A DNA stretch of 64,000 nucleotides, from the NCBI GenBank assembly GCA_951406725.2, contig OX597817.1:167834001-167898000 (forward strand), written 5' to 3'. This document shows positions 34,820 through 47,545 of this stretch, in pieces. How positions within the stretch are numbered: position 1 is the stretch's first letter; each line of letters opens with the position of its first letter. This stretch comes from Octopus vulgaris. Taxonomy: Eukaryota. Under the pieces are notes generated by a model. The model did not search any database and was not told the DNA's origin. It was given only the letters and a program-made list of their open reading frames with translations. Made by a program: the position numbers and the translations under genes.

Positions 34820-35354
34820 CAGGGTGTCCCAAAAAAATGTATACACTTGCTGCAACAGTCTGTCATGCCAAGCATTAGAGAGGACTTTGAACAGGAAGAG
34901 TTTTATTTCCAGCAAGATGGGGCACCTCACACTACCATCGCGATGTTAGATCCTTTCTTGATGGGATCTTGCCAAACAGGTAGATTGGACGGAGAGGTTT
35001 TGTCGAATACCCTCCACGTTCACCAGACCTCACACCACTAGACTTCTTTTTATGGGGATACCTAAAGGACAAAGTCTACGCACAGAAACCTGCAACAGTC
35101 GTTCAATTGAGGGCAACCATTGAACATGAATGTACGAATATCCCAAGGGAATTGTTCCATGGTGTGTGCCATTCCATTGCTTCGTGTTGTCAGCTGTGTC
35201 TGGAGCAGAACGGACATCAGTTTGAGAACATGCGATAACAAGACAATAGAATGATATTTGTAAATTCTTTTACATGTTGAAAATTATTCGAATTATAATA
35301 AACCCCAAATTTACAATTATTTAAGGTGTGTATACATTTTTTGGGGACACCCTG
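34820..35354 (+). mobile_element. Internally deleted Tc1/mariner element (DD41D spacing), transposase remnant
   Basis: TA-flanked TIRs CAGGGTGTCCC(A/C)AAAAAATGTATACAC; FQQDGAP...[24 protein letters not shown] with one frameshift and one stop. Confidence 0.85.
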
Positions 35355-35384
35355 TATAAATATATATACACATGCATCTATATT

Positions 35385-35421
<37 letters not shown>

Positions 35422-35873
35422 CTTTACTACCCACAAGGGGCTAAACATAGAGAGGACGAACAAACGGATTAAGTCGATTACATAGAGAGGACAAACAAAC
35501 GGATTAAGTCGATTACATCGACCCCAGTGCGAAACTGGTACTTTTATTTATCGACCCCGAAAGGATGAAAGGCAAAGTCGACCTCGGCGGAATTTGAACT
35601 CAGAACGTAACGACAGACGAAATACCGCTAAGCATTCCGCCCGGTGCGCTAACATGTCTGCCAGCTCGCCGCCTATAAATATATATATATATATTAGTTG
35701 TAATGTACCTGAGCACTTCGTATGCACAGCAGGCTTCCTCGCTCTCAGATGTTCCACTCACTCATCGCATATCACTCACAATTTTCCTCTCTCTTTTTCA
35801 CCTCTCTCTTTTTCACATAGTTTTACTCTCTCTCTCACTCCCTCCTAATCTCAAACATCTCACACACTTACAG

Positions 35874-35904
<31 letters not shown>

Positions 35905-35905
35905 G

Positions 35906-36011
35906 TCTCAGATGTGCCACCGACTGCAGCTTCATGTACTGGCATCGTCATATCTTCCCTATATACCTCTCCGACATGTTGGACAATCCATCTGATGCCC
36001 ACGGACTACAT
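35906..36011 (+). CDS. WASHC4: WASHC4 exon 10: (S)LRCATDCSFMYWHRHIFPIYLSDMLDNPSDAHGLH
   Basis: (ct)n ccctcag| and |gtaagt; 106 nt; DC.F.YWHR..FPIYL.D; a second in-frame acceptor would start the exon at 35912. Confidence 0.92.
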
Positions 36012-37012
36012 GTAAGTCTTTCTCTTTTTAAAAAAAATTGCTGGGGTTGAGAGAAAGGGTAGTATCTTAACAGACCATCCACGACCGGTGTGTAGATTAG
36101 TGCTATTAATGTTCTACTTAAATTTATATATCTATTTATGTGCATACAATACACACACACACACACATATATAATATCTTTATATATATCTGGATGATTT
36201 TTGTCTGTTGCTGATTCATTTCTCTGTTTTGTTTTGGTTTTTTTCTTTTGATACTATATGTTTATAAGAAATGCTTTCATGAGACAAATACTGCAGTTTA
36301 ACAGGTTTTCAATAATATATCTATTTTTAGTATGATATTCACATTGCTATTTTGAACTATGTGTGTGTGCGCGCGCGTGTGTTTGTATGTGTGTGTGTGT
36401 GTGTGTGTGTATATATAAACAAATATGAAAGTAATATTTTAAACACAGTGTAGCTGGGAAAACAGCAGAAAGATTGAGTATTTTACCCTTATAAGACAGT
36501 GCTGACAACTTTTTCTGTCTTATAAGGGTAAAATACCCAGTCTTTCTGCTGTTTTCACGGCTATACTGCATTCAAAATATTACTTTCTTGTTTGTTAATA
36601 GGAAACACATTCAATGCTTCCAAAAACAAACAAAAGTTTGTGTACTATATGTTGCTATATATCCCCGACTGTCTTCTGTGCCGGTGGCACATAAAAAGCA
36701 CCATCCGAACGTGACCGATGCCAGCACCGCCTTGACTGGCTTCTGTGCCGGTATCACAAAAAAAAAAAAAAAAAAGCACCAACTGATCGTGGCCGATGCC
36801 AGACCCCTCTGGCACCTGTGCAGGTGGCACGTAAAAAGCACCCACTACACTCATGGAGTGGTTGGCGTTAGGAAGGGCATCCAGCTGTAGAAACACTGCC
36901 AGATCAGACTGGAGCCTGGGGCAGCCCCTGGCTCCCTAGACCCCGGTCGAACCGTCCAACCCGTGCTAGCGCAGAAAACGGACTTTAAACGATGATGATG
37001 ATGATGATGATG

Positions 37013-37044
<32 letters not shown>

Positions 37045-37330
37045 TACCGGCTCCTGTGCCAATGGCATGTAAAAAGCACCATCCGAACGTGGTTGATGTC
37101 AGTGCCCCCTGACTGGCTCCCGTGTCGGTGACACATAAAAAACTCCCACTACAGTCTCAGAGTGGTTGGCATTAGGAAGGGCATCCAGCTATAGAAACAT
37201 AACCAGATCAGATTGGTGCCTGATGCAGCCTACTGGCTTGCCAGACCTCAGTCAAAACGTCCATCCTATACCAGCACAGAAAGCGGACATTAGACAATGA
37301 TGATGATATGTGTGTGTGTGTGTGTGTGTA

Positions 37331-37382
<52 letters not shown>

Positions 37383-37637
37383 TGCAGGCGTGGCCGTGTA
37401 GCAAGAAGCTTGCTGCACGGAACCTTCGACAAGTGTCTTCTATCATAGCCGCAAGCCAACCAAAATACAAAGTAATTTTCAAATGTGAGATAACTATAAG
37501 AATAACCTAAAAAATTGAGAAAACACCCCTAGAAGATGGGCAACTTTTTCCATCGTCAAGGGGTATTTACTCAATTTTCTTTGTTGTTTTCACAACAACC
37601 CTGCATTCAAAATTTACTTTATTTTCTGCAATATATA

Positions 37638-37874
37638 CTGGCTGGCCGAAAAGCAGGTTTACAGTTATTCAACTTTCACTTTCGCATTCATATATTAACA
37701 GTTTAAATCTTAATTATAAAAAAAATATGAGATCATTATTCTATGCTAATTTAATTAATTTTCTCAAGCATCCTTTTCAGTTTGTAAGATAGAAATTTAA
37801 ATGTAATAAAGCGTTTTAACAGAAATTTAAAGTACCTACGTGATAACTGTAAACCTACATTTGGGCCAGCCTGT
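37638..37874. mobile_element. Tc1/mariner-type MITE
   Basis: TIR-like ends GGCTGGCCGAAAAGCAGGTTTACAGTTAT / ATAACTGTAAACCTACATTTGGGCCAGCC. Confidence 0.65.
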
Positions 37875-38161
37875 CTATTACAGTCAGCAGTTAACTCTTA
37901 TATGGCTGCATGCTGTCTTTCATGAAATTATGTCTTAGTAGCATAATACACTTATTCAAATTATATATATGTTATATATATATATATAGATCGTTAGCCA
38001 CTACACACATTGTTTTCTCTCCTTGTTTTCTGTGTCCCTTTCTGTAGAAGAGCGTAGGCTCGAAACGTAAAAGACTTTTTCTATTCCTGAGCGTTATACT
38101 AATACATCTGTTTGTTTTGTACACCACTTGTCTTCGTCTTTTGTTTTTTTCCGTAAACTCT

Positions 38162-38210
<49 letters not shown>

Positions 38211-38260
38211 ATAGATGTGTATTGATCTTATTAATGTTATTCCTTTTGTTGTTTTTCCAG

Positions 38261-38377
38261 TACATGTTCGGTGCTCTAAGGGACTGTGTCATGCCTATGG
38301 ATTACGTACGCCACCTTGAGACCTCTCAACACCTGAAGGACATCTTTGCTAAAGAGATCCGGATTAATTTGAAAGAG
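38261..38377 (+). CDS. WASHC4: WASHC4 exon 11: YMFGALRDCVMPMDYVRHLETSQHLKDIFAKEIRINLKE
   Basis: tttttccag| and |gtactt; 117 nt; YMF.ALRDCV. Confidence 0.95.
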
Positions 38378-38578
38378 GTACTTGCAACATTCCTATTATT
38401 ATATAGTTGGTGGTGTTGGTAGTGGTGGTGATGTTATTGGTGTTGGTGATATTGGAGTTGTTGGTGGTGATGGTGTTGGTTTTGATGTAGCTGCGGTATT
38501 CTTGATGTTGTTTTTGGTGGTGGAGATGGTGGCAGAAGTAGCAGCAGTGGTGATGTTTTAGTGTAGCTATGGTGGTGG

Positions 38579-38624
<46 letters not shown>

Positions 38625-38854
38625 GGTGGTGGTGGTGGTGGTGTATGTGTGTATGTTTGTCTATAAGCTGGAAAATTTCATCTGTGTATATTCAAGACAC
38701 AGGTGTAACTGTGTGGTGAGAAGCTTGCTTCTCAACCACATGGTTCTGGGTTCAGTCCCACTGTATAGCACCTTGAGCAAGTGTTTCTGTTATAGCCTTG
38801 GTCCACCAAAGCCTGGTGAGTGGATTTGGTAAATGGAAACTGAAAGAAGCCTAT

Positions 38855-38888
<34 letters not shown>

Positions 38889-39559
38889 CACATGTATATG
38901 TAAAAAAACACAAGCTGGGACAAGAACGCAAAACATTTAGAAGACGATACAAACAAACGGACGGGACATTCAAAGCCTTCGATCTTCAGTCAAGAACCGG
39001 ATCATCTTCGCAATTTCGGCTGATTAATCTTGAGATTGCTCCGACCTGGCCAGCCCCAAAGGAAAATCTAAGCCAAGCGCATTAGATTCCTTGGAAGAAA
39101 GCCTCGAATGTATACAAAACAAGGACAGGAACAAATAAGAATACAAAAATATGTAAAAATAATAATGATAACTCGAATAAGAATACGAAAATATGTAAAA
39201 ACAATAATGATAATAATAATAACAAAAACAGGACGTTACAGACAGGTGAACTTGAGCTGGCGCATTGAAAAAATGCCTTGAGGCGAAGAGAGAAAATAGA
39301 TGTGTCTAGCCTAGACGGCTGTTGACCACGGAAAGGCAGGACAGCAGTCCAAAGTTAGTCACGTGTGAGAAGAAAAGAGGGACAGAGGAAGAGAGAAAAA
39401 AGGGAACAAGGAACAAAAGAGGAGGAGAAGAGAGAGAGAGAAAGAGACGGGTCAAAGTGGAGTGCAAAGTAGTATGAAAGGCAGAGAAATGTAGGAGAGG
39501 GGAGAGAGAGAGAGACAGTGTTATAGAGTCGTACCATGTTTTAGAGAAAAATGTACTTA

Positions 39560-39592
<33 letters not shown>

Positions 39593-41168
39593 TTAGCGTC
39601 CGCTTTCCATGCTAGCATGGGTTGGACGGTTTAACTGGGGTCTGTGAAGCCGGAAGGCTTCATCAGGCCCAGTCTGATCTGGCAGTGTTTCTACAGCTGG
39701 AGCCCTTCCTAACGCCAACCATTCCACGAGTGTAGTGGGTGTTTTTTACGTGCCACCTGCACAGGTGCCAGACAGAGCTGGCACAACGGCCACGAACGGA
39801 TGGTGCTTTTACGTGTCACCAGCACGGGGCCAGGCGATGCTGGCAACGGACACGAACGGGTGGTGCTTTTATGTGCCACCGACACGGGGCCAGACAGAGC
39901 TGGCAAACAGCCACGAACGGACGGTGCTTTTACGTGTCACCGGCACATACAAGATCAAAAGGGGTAATACATTTATATATATATAAATGTTTTTTTGTCT
40001 CTTTGTTTTAACATTGTAAATGATTGTTACTGTCATACAAGCAGTGTCATTCATTTCCAATATCCTATGAAAATATATTTGGCCATAGAGAAATATTACC
40101 TAACTTAGAAGCAGGTGAGGGTTAGCAACAGGGAGGGTATCCAACCGTAGAAAATCTGCCTCAATAATCTCCAAGTGACCCATGCAAGCGTAGAAAAGTG
40201 GATATTAAATAATTGATGATGATGATGATGAAGACAACGACCATATGCTACTAACCACCATGATTAATGCCACCATCTTAACTGCTATCACTACCACTAA
40301 ACATTCACTGTCATCTCAATTATAACCACTTCTGATACCTCTGCCACTGCTGTTACTACCATCAACAACACCACAATACTTCCATCAACACCACAATAAT
40401 CACCATCATCATCATTTACATCACTAATGGCTAGTGACCGAGACCTTTGGAAATATGCTGTGCTTGAGAATACCCGGCAAGCCAAGTGAGACCATAACCT
40501 CGAGGCCTATGCCAGGGGTGTAACCAGCCCACTTATGCGTACCTTGCCTTCATTGGACACTAAACTCCGCTTGCAAAGACCTGTTGAGGCAAGTGAAATT
40601 GAAATCAAATTCGATGACTGGCATCCATGCTTGTGGAGAGCGTGATCATTGCCAGAGCAGCTAACTGGCTTCTGTGCCGCTGGCATGTAAAAAGCACCAT
40701 TCGAGCTTGATCGTTTCCAGTGTCACCTACCGGCATGTGAAAAGACATTCAAGCGAGGTTGTTGCCAGTGCCACTGGACTGGCTCCTGTGCAGGTGGCAC
40801 GTAAAAAACACCATTTGAGCGTGGCCTTTGCCAGTACTGCCTGACTGGCCCTCATGCCGGTGGCATGTAAAAGCACCCACTACACTCTCGGAGTGGTTGG
40901 CATTAGGAAGGGCATCCAGCTGTCATATCAGATTGGAGCCTGGCGCAGCCATCTAGTTTACCAGTCCTCAGTCAAATCATCCAACCTATGCTAGCATGGA
41001 AAGTAGACATTAAACGATGATGATGATGAGGATTCTCATCATCACTTCCACCACTCCTACTATCCCTACCATTCCAGTACCACCACCACTGCTATTATCG
41101 CCTTTGCAATCATTACTATCCCTATTCTTGTTTCCATTACATAATGTCTCCTGTTTCTCTTCCCTCAG

Positions 41169-41337
41169 CATCTGATGGAACCACTGTGCCTTGCCATAGA
41201 AACTGACCTGAGATTACACATTCACTCTCACCTTCAGTTAGATGACCGTAACCCATACAAAGTTGGCCTTAAGGACCTCTCCAACTTCTTACGACTCAGA
41301 CCAATACGATTCTTTGATCAGTTCATCAATATTAAAA
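41169..41337 (+). CDS. WASHC4: WASHC4 exon 12: [56 protein letters not shown](T)
   Basis: tccctcag| and |gtaagt; 169 nt; DLRL..H.HL.LDDRNP.KVG.KDL. Confidence 0.96.
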
Positions 41338-42539
41338 GTAAGTACATGGTAGTAAATTGGTTTTAATAGTGCCGGTGAATACGTAAAAAGCACCATCCAA
41401 ACGTGGCAGATGCAGCGCCGCCTGACTGGCATCCGTGTCAGTGACATGTAAAAGCACCAACTGATCATGGCCGTTTGCCATCCTCCTCTGGACTCTGTGC
41501 TGGTGGCACATAAAAAGCACCCACTACACTCACGGAGTGGTTAGCATTAGGAAGGGCATCCAGCTGTAGAAACACTGCCAGATCAGACTGGAGCCTGGTG
41601 CAGCCTCCTGGCTTACCAGACCCTGGCCGAACCGTCCAACCCATGCCAGCATGGAGAACGGACATTAGACGATGATGATGATGATGATGATGAGTGCCCT
41701 AGGTCATGCTTTCAAGTCTTATTACTGCTTTGCAAGTTCTAAACTGCTTCTTATTTAATACTTAATATCTTAGATAAGTTTGTTGTTATTTAAGATTATA
41801 ATTTTCTGGAAAATTGACCTCATCATTTAAGCTTGTATTTACAAGTAGGGTATTAAGAGCACCATCCAAGCGTGATCATTGCCAGAGCGACTATCTCGCC
41901 TCTGTGCCGGTGGCACGTAAAAGAGACCATTCGAGCGTGATCATTACCAGATTCGGGCGAGGTTGTTGCCAGTACTGCCTGACTGGCCCCGTGCCGGTGG
42001 CACATAAAAGCACCCACTACACTCTCAGAGTGGTTGGCGTTAGGAAGGGCATCCAGCTGTAGAAACTCTGCCAGATCAAGATTGAAGCCTGGTGCAGCCA
42101 TCTGATTCGCCAGCCCTCATCATCATCCAACCCATGGAAAGCGGACGTTAAACGGTGATGATGATGATACCTACACTATGTTTCTTTTGGTTCAGTTTCT
42201 GATTGCTATCAGGTGTCTTATTCTTAGATGAGTACAAAAACCCTAACTGGATTCAAACTTTTATTTTTGCATGTGCCAATGAATTAGTTAAAGGAATCCT
42301 GGAATGAAATATCTGATATCTATTTGAGATCATAATGTAGCATAGATATAAATATTGTTCTAGAAATAATAGGTTTTTTTGTGCTTCTATTGACAATGCA
42401 CAGATGGTATGGGGGAATGAATAATTTTTCATTTGACTCTAATGACTCATAGGTCTTCAGATCAAAAACAATGCAAGGAAGTGCATTGTAACCAATGGTG
42501 TATAACAACATCCAGTAGTCTAGTCAGTGCAAATCTAAG

Positions 42540-42995
42540 TAGAGATTTCAAACTCTAAATCTTCAAAGCCACAGTCGAACCAATTCTACTATATGGCTCA
42601 GAAACCTGGACGCTATCAAAGAAGCTTGAGAGGCGGTTGGATGGAACCTACACTCGCCTCCTTATGAGAGCTCAAAATCTCTCGTGGAAGCGCCATCCAA
42701 CCAAAATGCAAATATATGGGAAACTACCACCTGTATCATCTCTTGTGAAAGGTAGAGAGTCCAGTTTGCTGGACATTGTTGTAGAGCTGAAAAAGAAGTA
42801 ATTTCTACTCTTCTCCTCTGGAAGCCATCTACTCGCAATACCAGAGGGCGCACACTCTCCTACCCTGATGTAATCTCCAGGGATACAGGCATCCAGCAAC
42901 AGGACCTCCATAATGCTATGATGGACCGTGAAGTCTGGCATAGCATATTAAATTCCATTGTCTCGACCACGGTCGAATAATGATGATGATGATGC
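42540..42995 (+). mobile_element. RTE/RTEX-like LINE 3' fragment
   Basis: FKATVEPILLYGSETWTLSKKLERRLDGTYTRLL...FAGHC...AMMDREVW; TCGAC-CACG-GTCGA hairpin and (GAT)n tail. Confidence 0.8.
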
Positions 42996-43353
42996 CATGA
43001 TATAGTGATATTATATTTTACATTTAATCAGAATTAGAGTAAGTACATTTTTACAATTCTGACTCCTACTCCACAATGATAGAAAATAGATACCAATTAT
43101 AGATCCACTTTGCACACGGTGCTGGAGCTAACCATTAGTTCTTGAAAATCCAGTTTCTGAGAGGACATTCCTCTTAAATTATATTTACCGTTGTTAAATA
43201 TATTAAAAATTTATAGTTTTTTTTTTACCTTTTTATTTTGTTCTTTGTTTTGTCTTTACTATATTCTTAACATATACACAGATGCATGTTGCTATGTTTG
43301 TATGTATGTGTATATGTATGTGTCTTCTTGCATACATGTTGTGCATAGTCCAA

Positions 43354-43647
43354 CTACTGGTAAACTGTAAATCAGTACAACCTGTGTCAGTGGGGTAGAA
43401 AGGGCTCCTTAGCCGTAGTGAAGGCAATCTATCTAGGGAGATAACCTTACAATAAATCACTCGGTCCGTAGCTTAGAAATACTGGTTGACGTCCAGCGGG
43501 AACAGCTTTGTTTCATGGAGGAGGAAAGATCTTCTTTAGTACTTGGTTGTACAATGCTTTCCAATGTGTGTAGTAGTGGCGCACGCACACATTATTAGCC
43601 ATTTGAAAAGACTATGGAGTCTCGACCACAGTCGAACAATGATGATG
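43354..43647 (+). mobile_element. Non-coding retroposon sharing its 3' tail with the neighbouring RTE-like LINE
   Basis: Ends GTCTCGACCACAGTCGAACAATGATGATG; 9-bp TSD ATAGTCCAA at 43345-43353 and 43648-43656. Confidence 0.75.
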
Positions 43648-43768
43648 ATAGTCCAAATCCTCTGTAGTGTTCAGTATTTCTCCCAACGGCCCAGCAGTTA
43701 TAATCACATCATTTGTATTTCTTTTCTCATTCTCTCTCTTTTTGCTGTCTCTCCTCCTTATCCATTAG

Positions 43769-43923
43769 CCTATGTGGAACATTACTTGGACAAGACTTTC
43801 TACAATCTAACCACTGTCACGCTCCATGACTGGAAAACTTACAGCGAAATGAAAAACATGGCTGAAGAGAAGTATGGTGTATCATTGATTGAGTCTCACT
43901 TACCAAGTCAGACTTTGGAACAG
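43769..43923 (+). CDS. WASHC4: WASHC4 exon 13: (T)[51 protein letters not shown]
   Basis: tccattag| and |gtgaga; 155 nt; highly conserved core motif. Confidence 0.97.
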
Positions 43924-44807
43924 GTGAGATTATATGGTTACCAACCTTTACTTTGTTAACCCTTATTGGTGAGGTCAATGTGAAATCATGCGTGCTCACA
44001 TACACAAACACATACACTCACATGCATACATACATTCTTATACATGCAATCACTCATACACATGCATACATGCATTCTTATACATGCAAGCTCTCACACA
44101 CATGCATACTTATGTGTATGTATGAAAAATCTGCTAATCTTCCCCTCCCGATGAAAGAAGCCTGTATTACCGTAATGTCTCTATGCATCCATCTACTGGT
44201 TGCTTATCCATGACTTTTTGCACATTATATCTGCTAATTATGAACATTACAGCTATTACATAATTCTGAGCTCCCAGAAACTGTTGTTAGGTTAAAAAAC
44301 TATGCTTTTCCCCACATAGTCGTATGTGTATATAAGTAAACTAGCAGTATCGTCTGGCATTGCTCGGGTTTGTTTCGACCCTTTAGAATTGGAATTTTTG
44401 AAAAGTAAAAAATTTGCATTATGTAGCTCTTTAAGTGAACATTTTTCTGGTTGAAATACACCGAAAAATGGCGACACAGCAGTAAAAAAAATCGTAAAAA
44501 ATCGAGAAAAAAAAAGCACCTTTTTGATGTAAATAATTTTTGGCGTTAACATGGTCTGATTTGAATTTTTTCTTCTATGGAAGGAAGAGCAAACCTTCTT
44601 CTATCATACTCTCAATTTTGGTCAACTTGCACCACAGGATCTCGGAGGAAATAGTGTTAGTTGAAGGCTACCAAACCTGCCATACACAGACAAGTTCAGC
44701 TTTATACATATATAGATGTATCGAACCTACTACTTTTCTCTTCCAGTTACACATATTGCCCGCCACTTCATCACTGTTATAATGTTTTTACTGTTTCATT
44801 TTTACAG

Positions 44808-44882
44808 GGTCTGGATGTTTTAGAAATAATGAGGAATATCCATGTATTTGTCTCCAAGTACCAATACAACTTAAACAATCAG
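44808..44882 (+). CDS. WASHC4: WASHC4 exon 14: GLDVLEIMRNIHVFVSKYQYNLNNQ
   Basis: tttttacag| and |gttggt; 75 nt. Confidence 0.97.
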
Positions 44883-46193
44883 GTTGGTTGGTGCTTTACG
44901 TCTTCCACTTCCTCATATCTTTCCTTCATAAATCTCTCTTTCTCTCTCGCCCATACACACACACGCACACATGGAAACAGGTCAGCGTTGACATTAGGCA
45001 TCCCTGCTATAAGTCTCTTAACCTGATAATTAAATCATATTAATTAAAACAAACAACAACAAAATGGGTTTTAAGGTAATTTTCTCAGTTAAAGCACGAG
45101 GCCCAGTCAGGTGGGACTGGCAATGGCCATTCTCAAATGATGTTTTTTATGTGCCATCTCATGGCAATCTTTTCCGTTTTAAATTAATTCATCACGATTC
45201 TCTTTCTGAGGCAGTGTTTTACAGCCAGATGCCTTTCCTGTCACCAACCTTTATAATTTTCTATTATTACCTGCAGGAATACAGTGTACCTGTTCTAAAA
45301 CTGGAGAACACACAGATCCTATGTTAATTAAGATATTATTTTGAACCAAGGCATTTTATTGTATTTGTGGAATTAAAGAAATCTTGGTTTTCATGATTAC
45401 CTCTTTAGCATTTAAACCAGCCACATCCAACCCAAATATTCTTCCTGTTTTATGTTTAAACCAGCCAAATCCAGCCTCTCATACCTACCCTACAATGCCA
45501 TTCTAAAAGGAAACAATCATATCAATGAAATGTCAAAGCTACAAGATAATACATGATGTGTATAAAGAAGCGTTATATTTGACAGAGTAATCTCTTACTT
45601 GTTTCAGTCATTTGACTGCGGCCATGCTGGAGCACCGCCTTTAGTCGAGCAAATCGAACCCGGGACTTATTCTTTGTAAGCTTAGTACTTATTCTATCGG
45701 CCTCTTTTTGCCAAACCGCTAAGTTACGGGGGACGTAAACACACCAGCATCGGTTGTCAAGCGATGTTGGTGGGTGGCAAACACAGACACACAAACATAT
45801 ACACACATTAGGAAGGGCATCCTGGCGTTAGGAAGGGCATCCAGCCGTAGAAACACTGCCAGATCAGACTGGGCCTGGTGCAGCCTTCTGGCTTCCCAGA
45901 CCCCAGTTGAACCGTCCAACCCATGCTAGCATGGAAAGCGGACGCTAAATGATGATGATGATATACATATATACAATGGGCTTCTTTCAGTTTCCGTCAA
46001 CCAAATCCACTCACAAAATTTGGTCGGCCCGAGGCTATAGTGGAAGACATTTGCCCAAAGTACCACGCAGTGGAACTGAACCCGGAACCATGTGGTTGGT
46101 AAGCTAGCTACTTACCACACAGCCACTCCTGCACCTATCTGAATACTAAACGGTTAAAACTGTTTTTCGATTTTTCTTTTTTTTGTGTTACAG

Positions 46194-46298
46194 ATTTTCA
46201 TTGAAGGTTCCAGCCATAACAAGCACTTCAACACAATCAATATACGACACATTGCAAACTCCATTAGGACACATGGCATTGGCATTATGAACACAACG
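46194..46298 (+). CDS. WASHC4: WASHC4 exon 15: [35 protein letters not shown]
   Basis: tgttacag| and |gtgagt; 105 nt. Confidence 0.97.
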
Positions 46299-46957
46299 GT
46301 GAGTAAACTGCCTTTGTCTTCTGTATTAGATAGAAGTTGAGGGAGGGAATAAAATTAGAATTTGGTTATTCAGAAGCATATAACCACTGGTCATAAACAG
46401 CATAAAAATCTCAACCTTACAAGCTGACAAAACTGGATACATTTCCTAACACCCGCCACGTTACTGAGTACTGCAGGAAAACATTGGCTAGACTGGAGTT
46501 TCTTGCATATGTCTTATGAAAGGTGATATTTCCTTGGAAGGAGACATCACCTTTCAGTGTAAATTTTCTTTCCAGTTTTTTTTTCCTCTTTTAGCATTCA
46601 CAAGTTATTTCTGAAAGAACATTCCTCTTGTTGGTTCTGCATTGGCTGGGTCATGCCCTCCGTCGTCAGCCAGGAGAATTCATCTACGAAGCAATTGCCC
46701 CAGCTCCCCTTCAGGGTTGGCGAAAGCGATGTGGTGGACAACGAAAAACCTGTCTGATGACAGTCAAGGCTGATCTGGAACCCAACCTAGGCTCCCATGT
46801 TTACGGCGTTCGCCGCTGGAATGGGAAGTGGTTGGCAATCATGCGGTCATTAGCCTCAAATCACCAGGTCTCATTGGCGTTTGTGAGAGATGCAGCATTG
46901 AGGATGAATGAAGCCAGCTCAACCCACCCAGGTGAATGCTGTCTCAAGCAAGCAAGT

Positions 46958-47545
46958 TGTATCTCCACTGTTCAGTATTTCAGATCTGATGTTCACTGTA
47001 CCACACCTGACATCATATCAGAGTGTGCCGTATCTCTACTGTTCACTGTAAAACATCTCTCATAGCTCTACAGTTCACTGTCTCACACACATGTTTACTG
47101 CTCAGTGTATCATATCAGTTGTATGTCTATGTTTCAATGTGTCTCAGCTGCATTTTTATTGTTAAGTATGTATCATCTGTTGTGTTTCTACTGTTCAGTA
47201 TGTCACATCTCTTGTATCTCTAAAGTTCACTGTGCCTCTGCTATGTTTACTATACAGTGTATCACCTCTGTTATGTCTCTAATGTTCACTGTTTCCCACT
47301 TGTTTTATCGCTACTGTTCTTTGTGTCCCATTTGTATCCCTCTTGTTCACTGTGACCCACTTATTGTATCTTTACTGTTCATTGTGTCACACATTGTATC
47401 TTTACTATTCAGTATGTTGCATCTATTGTATCTCTTTGTTCACTGTGTCACTTATGTTGTATCTCTACTGTTCACTATGTCTCATATGTATGTTTACTGT
47501 ATTACGTCTATCGTACATCTACAGTTCACTGTCTCATCTTTATCT
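46958..47545. repeat. Degenerate minisatellite (~27-31 bp, TGTATCTCTACTGTTCACTGTGTCAC-like)
   Basis: Recurrent motif; source of the spurious Cys/Ser/Leu-rich ORFs here. Confidence 0.7.

Noticed and set aside
35741-35770. CTCTCAGATGTTCCACTCACT resembling the start of exon 10 (possible duplicated exon)
   Set aside because: Similarity is limited to ~20 nt and no homologous reading frame or donor follows.
38950-38996. Minus-strand CTGAAGA-TCGAAGGCTTTGA-ATGTC as a hammerhead (related sequence near 57430-57470)
   Set aside because: No GAAA after the hairpin and no convincing stem I; left as an unclassified repeat.
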